DNA of 64,000 nucleotides from the NCBI GenBank assembly GCA_965112155.1, contig OZ218100.1. One strand, given 5' to 3'. Source of the stretch: Podarcis liolepis (lineage: Eukaryota). The notes under the pieces were generated by a model. It was not told the origin of the DNA. It saw only the letters and a program-made list of their open reading frames with translations, and did no database searches. Position numbers and translations under genes: made by a program. Below, in pieces: positions 13,340-22,027 of this stretch (positions are counted from its first letter, which is position 1; each line of letters starts with the position of its first letter).

Positions 13340-14400
13340 AAGTGTACTCACCTCTTTTCTAAAATAAAGAGCCTGAATGTTGTTAACCTTTCCTTATGTA
13401 CTTGTTGTTCCAGTCCCTTGATCCAATTTGGTTGCCTTTTTCTGAACCTTTTCCAACTTGCGGTGACCAAAACTGCACACAGTATTTCAAGTGTGGTCTC
13501 ACCAGATATGTATAACATTATATTGACAGTTTTAAAGATCCCGAACGTGGACATCACTTTTGCCATTTGGTTCACGCTTATCCTCTGTGTGTCTCATTCC
13601 TGGCCAGTCACTGAAAATTCAGGTCCCATTAGCATATATATAGTACTTAAAAGTATGATCTCTCTGCACCTTACTTTGAATTGCATTTGCCATCTTACTG
13701 CCCATTCACCCAGTTTGGAGATCCTTTTGGAACTGCCTGCAATTCTTTTTAGCCACATTGAACAATTTGCTATCAGCAGCAAACCTGGCTCCCTCCCTGA
13801 TCAACCCAAACTCTAGATCATTAATGAATACATTAAGAAGTACAGGTCCCATACTGATCCTTTGGAGTCCTCCACTGGGAGAACTGTCCATTTATTCTTA
13901 CTCTGTGCTTCTTGCTACTTAACCAATTCCTGATCCATAAGAGGACCTCTCATTTCATGTCTGTTATGCTTACTCAGGAGTCTTTGGTGAGTTACTTTAT
14001 CAAAAGCTTTTTAGAAGTTTTAAGTACACAGTATCAACCGGGTCACCTCAACCGATATGCTTGTTGACACTCTCAGAGAACTCTAGAATGTTGAGACAGG
14101 ACTTACCCTTGCAGAAGTCATGCTGGTTTTGTTTCAACAACTCTTGTACTTTTATATACCTCACAATTCTATCTTTAATAATGCTTTCCACCAATTTTCC
14201 TGGAACAGATGTTAAGCTAACTGGCCTGTTATTTCCCACATCCCACCCACCGCCCCCCAAAAAAGTTGGCTACTTTATAATCCCCAGAGTGTGTCTGATC
14301 TTAGGAACTGTATTTTTGTTAAAAGACCAGCAATTTAACATTTGAAATCTTTTAAGAAATGCCAGGTAGATGCCACCCAGACCCTGTGATTAGTTAATTT
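13340..14400 (-). mobile_element. Degenerate CR1 LINE, reverse-transcriptase region
   Basis: Broken frames give NNRPVSLTSVPGKLVESIIK...QHDFCKGKSCL, GPVLLNVFINDLE, LGEWAVRWQMQF, IKGLEQQVHKERLTTFRLF. Confidence 0.85.
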
Positions 14401-14781
14401 TTGTTAATAAGGGCAATCCCTTGTCATCACAATTTGTTTCCGTTTTACCACATTGTCAATTCATGTGCATAGGCAAACTCTTACCATCTTGCTATTCAGT
14501 ATCGTTTTCTACTGTAATGCAATTTTCACATTGAACTGTCTGAACTAAAAGAACTTCTCTCAACATGAACTAACATCAATTAAGTTACCCGTTACATTTT
14601 TAAACTATAATTCTATCAGTAAAATGAAGGCATTTAGAATTTTAAAAAAAAGGTTTTTCCCCTTTCCTTTTGGAGCATTCTTATACATGAAGTAGGAGTT
14701 TCAATCCAAGTTTGTGAGGGGAAAAGCATAGTCATGGTAGGTAATATGGATAAGAAAATAACAAGAGATTGTGGTGTAATG

Positions 14782-14915
14782 CAGGGATGGCCAATGTAGT
14801 ACACCTTCCAGATACCGTTGGACTAAAACTCCCATCAGCCCCAGAAAGCATGGCTTTTGGCCAGGGATTATGGGAACTGTAACCCAACATCTGGAAGACA
14901 TTGGATAACACCAGT
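14782..14915. mobile_element. Degenerate palindromic MITE-like element (related copies at ~8340-8435, ~10685-10818, ~11900-12022)
   Basis: ccttccagat...ttggactaaaactcccatcagcccc...gggattatgggaactgtaacccaacatctggaag. Confidence 0.5.
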
Positions 14916-17296
14916 GTGGAAGAGATACCTCCTCAGCTCTGAAGCTCATTGGGTAGCCTTAATCTAGTCACCATTTCTTAGCTCAATATACCTCATAGAA
15001 CTGTTGATTATTATAAAATGGACAGAAGAGAGAGTCTGTAACTCCTTGAAGGAAGGATAAAATTGGAAGAAACATCAGATGAAACCAGTGTTTATTGGAT
15101 TTCACTGGAATAAGTTATGAGGCAGAAAATGTTTACTAAACTTACTTCTTTGATCAAAACCACGAATCCACAGATGTGTGCAGATGCAACAGCAGTGTGA
15201 CCTCTACTGCACCTGTTGATATTCCAAGCAGAGTAAGAAGCATGTCTTTGCTGCCCCACCACCTGAAATCCTGTTCATATATACTATCACACAGAGTACA
15301 GAACTGTAGCAGCAGAGTTGGCTTCCGAGTTGTCAGTAACCTATGGATACAGACAAGCAAAGCAACCACAATCCCACCTCTTCCTTTATGCTATCTTGCT
15401 TCTGATATTGGTAATGGTGGTTGCTAGCAGCAATTTCTACTTTTGTTCCTGTGTAATGTTCTGGGTCAGTACAGAAGTGCTAGTGCAACAGTGCAGGCTG
15501 AACAACTGATAGCACAAGTTAATTGTATTTCCACCATAAATACTTATTTACTTAATTCAGCTGCATTTTAAATTAGCATAAACCCTTTTCCTGTTTTTTA
15601 ACAGTTCATTCATATCCCACTTTACAAACACTAACTTTATTTGTGGACATCTTTTAAAACATAATGGGGAGAAAAACCAGAAGTTTTCAAAGCATTTTTA
15701 CCATACTGTTTTCTTTTAAAATTGAAAGAATGTAAGTTACACACCGTGTTTAACCTGATGAATATTTAAGCAAAGTTTTGTCATAATGCTGCATAATTCA
15801 TGGCTTGATTTAATTTCCAGTGTGGTGAAAATGGGAAATTAACTGAAGAACCAGTTGTCTGAATGTTCACAAAAAACAACTTGTAGAACCACTTATTTAA
15901 AGAACAAAGGGGAAAATGGCAACATCTTTGATATATTGGGTTTATTTTAGATTTACAGATAAACCTTTTATATAGATCCATGCAAACGTTTACTTCATAT
16001 CTTGACAAGCTGAATAAGTGAAAAACCTTCACAAAACAGTATTTTGCGGCTCAGGGGTTCATTCAGGCATGTAATGTCTGGGTATGTGAAGTGAATCCAA
16101 TCCTGAGAGCAAAGTTGAGATCTTCTATTTCTTCTGAGCTGGGCAGCTGCTAAACAATTCAACACAAACAGTTACTGCATTACAATACAATGAAATGAAA
16201 TGTGATTTCAAATCATGTAAGTGACCTCAATATGCAGAGTCCAGTTGTTGGGCCACAGCCTTACCAAATAGTTTCCGTCTCCAAAAGTGAGTTGGTAGAT
16301 TTTTCTTCTTTGCTCAGCGAGATGATATCCACACACACAGTAACATGGCATTACAGTCTGGATTACAGATTCAATTCAACAACGTAATTACAAGTCAAAA
16401 CTGCAGAACAATCTTTATGCATTTTACATTTTGTGCAACAAAACATGCATAACATTTCAAATAAACTTTCTGCTCAAATGTTTCAGCAAGAGCCTTCTTT
16501 TTTCTTCAAGTTCTGAACAGGTTTTCTTGCGCTCGTCACTGTTGCACTTGGAATGTTACTTACAAAAGCTGTGTAAATCAGAAACCATTAAAATAGTCAA
16601 AGAAAAATGCAAAACCCCCCACAAAACCCATATATGCCCCAACAGCAAGAAACCCTCCAAAGGCCCACACACACACTGGCTGCATTCCCACAAAATGCCA
16701 AACTACTGTTTAAGCATTACAAGGAAAATCTGCAGCAAGCCGTGAGCTCACTTGCTACCACCTTTTTCCTCCAGTACAGTCATGACATTTGGAAACTTTC
16801 ACTTCCATTTTAGACCAACTGTAGCTTAGCTTGTCTTGCTGTCCATATCCAGAGAAAATGCAGCTAGTCCTATGGTTGGTGGAAACAAGCCAACTTCATA
16901 TAATAATTTATGAAGCTTAAGATTAACCACAGTTTGTGTTTCAGACATCATGTGAAACTGTGATTAATGCAACGTTCAATTTCCTCACAGTCACACCAGG
17001 AGAGGTAAAATGAAGTGTACAAGCTAAAGGTTCACTGTTACGCATTCTGATAATGCTAAACCATGGTTCTGTATTATATGTGAAGGTCAGTTATAGATGA
17101 GTAATTGCATTTTAACTGCAAGAAATAGAAATGAAATGTTCTAAGTTCAACAAAAAAAATGTTTATACAATCCAATATGTACAATGGTGTATATTTTTCA
17201 GGGCAAATGAAGTTCAGGCTTTAGCAAATATCTACTTCAAAATATCTAACATATCAAACTCAAACAGAATATTTACAAAATCTACACAACAGCTAC

Positions 17297-20200
17297 TCAA
17301 ACATCAGGATCAATATTATCTGAACTTACCAGGTACTCTGCAGAGCTTTCAGTTACTTCTGAAGTCAACTTACTGTTAATCTCATATCTACTATCATTAT
17401 TTTCCACTTCATCTGTCTTGTTTAACTCCCTTGCAGATGCCTGCATCTCATTCTTGACAATGTACAATTCGTTGTCACCTGAGCCCCCCACTTCTATAGA
17501 TGTTTTCTGTAGATCTAGAAGGAAGGATTCCTTGCACTCAGTTGCTTGGCATTGTACATTTTTTTCATCGCTACTTAATGGTGGCATATCAGAAGTGCTG
17601 TCTCTGCTAACATCTGATTGCAATACCATGGAAATTGGAGGCATGTCCTGCATTTCGATGAGTGACATGCTTGGTCCAGCAGTGCTACCATTTGATGCAG
17701 GAGACACTATGTCTGGGACAATTACATCAGAAACCAAGGAGCAAAATTTATCCTCTTCCTCACCAGATGCTAACTCAACAAAAGCAATCATTTCTGGTTC
17801 AATTGTAGGTTGCTCAATGCCCAATTCTCTAGTTTTGTTGGACCCTAAAGAAATGGATGAAATGGTTTCTAACTTTGGACTCCCTACAATATCCTCATTC
17901 AGAATTTCAGATGGTAGGATGCCCAGATGTTCACGTTCTACCTCAATATCTCCCAGACTAAAATTAATGGTTTCTATTTCCAGGCTTGGTTTCAATCTAG
18001 GAGAATCATTAGGCTTTATTTCTCCAGACTTTGGAGAAGGGGTTGTAGAATGATCAAAGTTAAGTTCTGAATAAGTGCTATTCAAGTCCAAGTCACCAGC
18101 TGCTGAGGTATCCAAGATCCCAGTGTTCATGTCTGTGAATGTAAGGGCTACCTCTCCAAGATGCTCAACACTGATTTCTGTTGGAAGAGCACCTAGTGGT
18201 TCTTGAACCATCTCTGGCTGAACACTGGAAAAGTGAGTGCTATATGTTTCTACAGAACCTCTCTCTGCATTGTCATTTAAACTGAGATCAGATTCAGAAG
18301 GCCCACACCCATTATTTTTTATAAACATTAATTCTGCACTGGAATGAAGTTCATCATTTGCAGAAGACATACTGCCCAAAGTTTCAGCTCCCTTAGCTTG
18401 GGAATCCTTGGTTTCACAGCTTAATGGATGTTGACTAATTTCTTCATGTTTCCCTAGTGTACTGCTTATCATTGTTACGTTAACAAGGCACTCATTTGAC
18501 ATCTCTTCTGATACTGGAACACCAACTACATTACAATTTTCATCATCGTTTGGTTGAGAACTAGTCAACAATTTTTGTTCATTATTTATACAGGAATTAT
18601 TAAATTCATCTGCATTTAAAGGCTTCAATCCAGGATCTATGTTCTGGACCTCTGAAGTCTGCGGACTTTCACCACTGACTGCTGATTCAAGCCTATCAAG
18701 GCCCACATTGCCCCATTTTAGATCCAATAATGGTTCTTTATTGGAACTCTGATCTATCATTGCTATTTGAGGATTTTCTTTATTCACTTTTGAAGATGAG
18801 GCTGGCTCCCATGCCAGTGGACTCTGAACACGCGCCTCTGAAACCCACATAGAAATTGTTGATTCAGAGCTGTCATCAAGTTGCTTATCTTCTGTTATAG
18901 TATGGCCTTCTCCCTTAGGGGTATCAATTTGTGTTTCAAATAACCGAGACTCATGCTCCTGACTAACAACAAACTGATGTCCTGCAAATTCTGTATGTTC
19001 TCCTCCTACATCTCTCTCACCTAAACTTGTCAAATATGCTTTCATCTCCAAACTTTTACTGATCTTGTTTAATTTGGATTTATCCATTTTCTGCTGGTCT
19101 TGTAACTCGTCGCTGATGTCTGTGCCACTTGCCACACCAAGATCTTCAGCAGTAAAGTCAGTCTCATTTTCTGCCATTTGCATTATTAACTCTTTCTTAC
19201 CAGGAAATTTAAACTCTGCCATCTCATGCCCCAGAGGTTTATTGCTAACATCTTTTAGAAGAGCCTCTTGGTCTTCTGACAATTGCCGGGCTAATTCTTT
19301 ATCATCAGGAGATTTATACTCTGCTGCCCTGCACTCCAATGAATTCTGGCAAAATTCTTCCAAAGAAGTATTGCTTTCTGGCAACTGCATGGCTAATCCT
19401 GCTGTCTTAAATTCAGGTCGTTTCTTGCTAACATCGTGCTCTTTTAAAAGAGCAACATAGTCTTCTGACATATGTAAGCCTAATTCCTTATCATCTGGAA
19501 ATTTAAAGTCTGTTGTCTCAAAGTCTGCAGGTTTGTTGCTAAAATCATCCAAAGGAAAAACACTGCTTTCTGACAACTGCACTGTTAGTTCTTTATCGTC
19601 GGGAGATTTAGCATCTGTTGTCTTAAGGCCTGTGGGCTTCTTGGTAACATAATCCAAAGGAGGAACACTGCTCTCTGGCAACCGCATAGCAAATTCTGCT
19701 GTCTCCAGTTCTGATGACTTCTTATTATCATGTTCCTGTGACAACTGCATTGCTGATTCTTTATCATCAAGAGATTTAAACACTGCTTCCTCACACACAG
19801 ATGGATTCTTGTGAAGTTCTTCCAAAGGAGAAGCATTGCTTTCTGGCAACTGCATGGCTAATTCTGCAGTCTCCAGCTCTGATGGCTTCTTGCTAACATC
19901 TTCTAAGAGATCAACATGGTTTGCTGACAATTTCATTGCCAATTCTTTATCATCATCAGATTTAAAATCTGTTGTCACAAGATCAGCGGGTTTGTTGCTA
20001 AAGTCATCCAAAGAAGGAACACTGCTTTCTGGCAACTGCAGCACAAATTCTGCTGTCCCCAGCTCCGATGGCTTCTTAGTACCAGGTTTCAGGGATAACT
20101 GCATTGTTAATTCATCATCATCATGAGATTTAACCTCTGCTGCCTCACATACTGAGGAATTCTTGTAGAGTTCTTCCAAAGGAGAAGCATTGCTTTCTGG

Positions 20201-22027
20201 CAACTGCATAGCTAACTCTATTGTTTCAAGTTCAGATGGTTTCTTGCTAACATCTTCTAAAAGAGAAACACAATCTACTGACAACTGCACTGCTAATTCT
20301 TTATCATCATCAGATTTAAAATCTGTTGTCTCAGGGGCATTTACTGAAAAATCACTGGATTCATATTTTAATATTGACTGTGCATCTGACAGAGAGATTT
20401 TCTTTGATTCCCTCTCAACACCAGTTTTAAAGTTTTCTTCATAGGCTGCCAAAAGTTTCTCAACTTCAGCATCATCTGTTTCTGGGGTCTTGTCATTTAA
20501 AGGGATTTTGCTAACATCTGAGGTACTGTGTATGTTTTGTAGAGTTTCTTGTGTGACAGGCTTGCTGCTTGGTTTGGGATCTGCCAGCTGGTCTGCTTTT
20601 TTCTGTCTCTCAACAGGATTTGATTTAATTTTATCTGAAGTTGCAGAGTTCACAGACTTGCTATCAGCTGGACTCCTCCCACTGCGGTTGTAGAAAATAT
20701 CGTATAGATCTTTGGCATTACCTGCTGCTAGGCAAGAGTTCTTTTTCTCCAGTTTTTTAACATGGTCTCTGAAAATAGTTGGTGGTGGCAAAGGATGGGG
20801 ACACATGGGCACTGCCAGTATGTTTTTATCATCCTCAGACACACCAGGAGCCATGTCATCTGCAAGGATGGTTGCTTGTTTGGGTGGCACTGCGGGCGGA
20901 GGTGGGAATGCCATTGCTGGTGGTACTGGCAGTGCTACTGACAGCGGTGGTCCTGATGGCAGTGGAAGTAGAGGACGCCGTCGATTAGGTCTCTCAAAAA
21001 TACCCAATCTTGTAATTTGCTCCTTTATCACAGCAGCAAGTTCCCGTGCCTTTGCTTGTGCTTTTGCCACAACATTTGCTTGCTCCTGTGCCTTTGCTTC
21101 TTGTTCCTGTGCTATTGCTGCAGTCGCCTTTGCATGTTCCGCAGCTTTTGCATGTTCTACATCCCGGGACACAGCTTCATGATCAGGTTTCTCTGTTTGT
21201 TCTGGTACCGTTGCATTCTCCTGTGAACCCTTTAAAACTACTACTTCTCCCCCAAATGCTTTCGAAATAATATCAGGAGGTAGAACAAGTTCTGGATTAC
21301 CCTCTTTTACAACAGGAAGTGGCTTGGTGCTGGCACCAGAGGATTTTATGGACAAGAAAGTATTCAAAGGTGCAGGCTTGCTTACTGTTGCTGTTGCAGA
21401 CTTTCTGAGAACCATCATGGGGGCTGGTAAATTGGGCCTGATTTTTGCTTGTGATGATGTCGAAACAACTGGTGTCCAGGGACTAGTGTGTGGGATAACA
21501 GTTTTCCCAGACAATTTAATTGCAATTGGCTTTGAATTTGGTTTTCCAGATTGTGACTTGCTTTCTTTATCTTTACTTTCCTCAAAGCTCTCCTCCTTAG
21601 AGGCAGTTACATCTTTGCCTTGATTTTTTTCATCTCTCTCAGTCTTCCTCCAGCTGAACTTTCCAAAAGATGTCATTCTTGACTCCTTTGGTGGTTCCTC
21701 TTTTTCCCCTTCCTTCTTTTCAACCTCTTTGTCATCTTTTTTCAATTTAAGCTTAACCCCACATTTCTGGCCATTAGAAACTCCTTTCCTTTTATTAGAC
21801 TCATTTTCATTATCCCCATCTCCTAGTTCTTTGGAATTCTTTGGTTCCTCTTTACTTTTTCGTTCCTCTTTCCTTGCCACTTTCACTGCTTTTTCATCTC
21901 TCTCTTCTTTTTGCTTTTCACACAGCTTCCGTTTCAACCGGCGTTCTGTTTCTTGAATCACAGACAATCCTGCCTGACGGTCAATGTTCCTTCTCTCTTC
22001 ATAGAGTGGATTTTCATCCACATATTT
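17297..22027 (-). CDS. ZNF318: ZNF318 exon 10 (4731 nt to stop)
   Basis: cacag|KYVDENPLYEERRNIDRQAGL...; uninterrupted ORF to TGA at 17297. Confidence 0.92.
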   Translation of the reverse strand, partial: KYVDENPLYEERRNIDRQAGLSVIQETERRLKRKLCEKQKEERDEKAVKVARKEERKSKEEPKNSKELGDGDNENESNKRKGVSNGQKCGVKLKLKKDDKEVEKKEGEKEEPPKESRMTSFGKFSWRKTERDEKNQGKDVTASKEESFEESKDKESKSQSGKPNSKPIAIKLSGKTVIPHTSPWTPVVSTSSQAKIRPNLPAPMMVLRKSATATVSKPAPLNTFLSIKSSGASTKPLPVVKEGNPELVLPPDIISKAFGGEVVVLKGSQENATVPEQTEKPDHEAVSRDVEHAKAAEHAKATAAIAQEQEAKAQEQANVVAKAQAKARELAAVIKEQITRLGIFERPNRRRPLLPLPSGPPLSVALPVPPAMAFPPPPAVPPKQATILADDMAPGVSEDDKNILAVPMCPHPLPPPTIFRDHVKKLEKKNSCLAAGNAKDLYDIFYNRSGRSPADSKSVNSATSDKIKSNPVERQKKADQLADPKPSSKPVTQETLQNIHSTSDVSKIPLNDKTPETDDAEVEKLLAAYEENFKTGVERESKKISLSDAQSILKYESSDFSVNAPETTDFKSDDDKELAVQLSVDCVSLLEDVSKKPSELETIELAMQLPESNASPLEELYKNSSVCEAAEVKSHDDDELTMQLSLKPGTKKPSELGTAEFVLQLPESSVPSLDDFSNKPADLVTTDFKSDDDKELAMKLSANHVDLLEDVSKKPSELETAELAMQLPESNASPLEELHKNPSVCEEAVFKSLDDKESAMQLSQEHDNKKSSELETAEFAMRLPESSVPPLDYVTKKPTGLKTTDAKSPDDKELTVQLSESSVFPLDDFSNKPADFETTDFKFPDDKELGLHMSEDYVALLKEHDVSKKRPEFKTAGLAMQLPESNTSLEEFCQNSLECRAAEYKSPDDKELARQLSEDQEALLKDVSNKPLGHEMAEFKFPGKKELIMQMAENETDFTAEDLGVASGTDISDELQDQQKMDKSKLNKISKSLEMKAYLTSLGERDVGGEHTEFAGHQFVVSQEHESRLFETQIDTPKGEGHTITEDKQLDDSSESTISMWVSEARVQSPLAWEPASSSKVNKENPQIAMIDQSSNKEPLLDLKWGNVGLDRLESAVSGESPQTSEVQNIDPGLKPLNADEFNNSCINNEQKLLTSSQPNDDENCNVVGVPVSEEMSNECLVNVTMISSTLGKHEEISQHPLSCETKDSQAKGAETLGSMSSANDELHSSAELMFIKNNGCGPSESDLSLNDNAERGSVETYSTHFSSVQPEMVQEPLGALPTEISVEHLGEVALTFTDMNTGILDTSAAGDLDLNSTYSELNFDHSTTPSPKSGEIKPNDSPRLKPSLEIETINFSLGDIEVEREHLGILPSEILNEDIVGSPKLETISSISLGSNKTRELGIEQPTIEPEMIAFVELASGEEEDKFCSLVSDVIVPDIVSPASNGSTAGPSMSLIEMQDMPPISMVLQSDVSRDSTSDMPPLSSDEKNVQCQATECKESFLLDLQKTSIEVGGSGDNELYIVKNEMQASARELNKTDEVENNDSRYEINSKLTSEVTESSAEYLVSSDNIDPDV

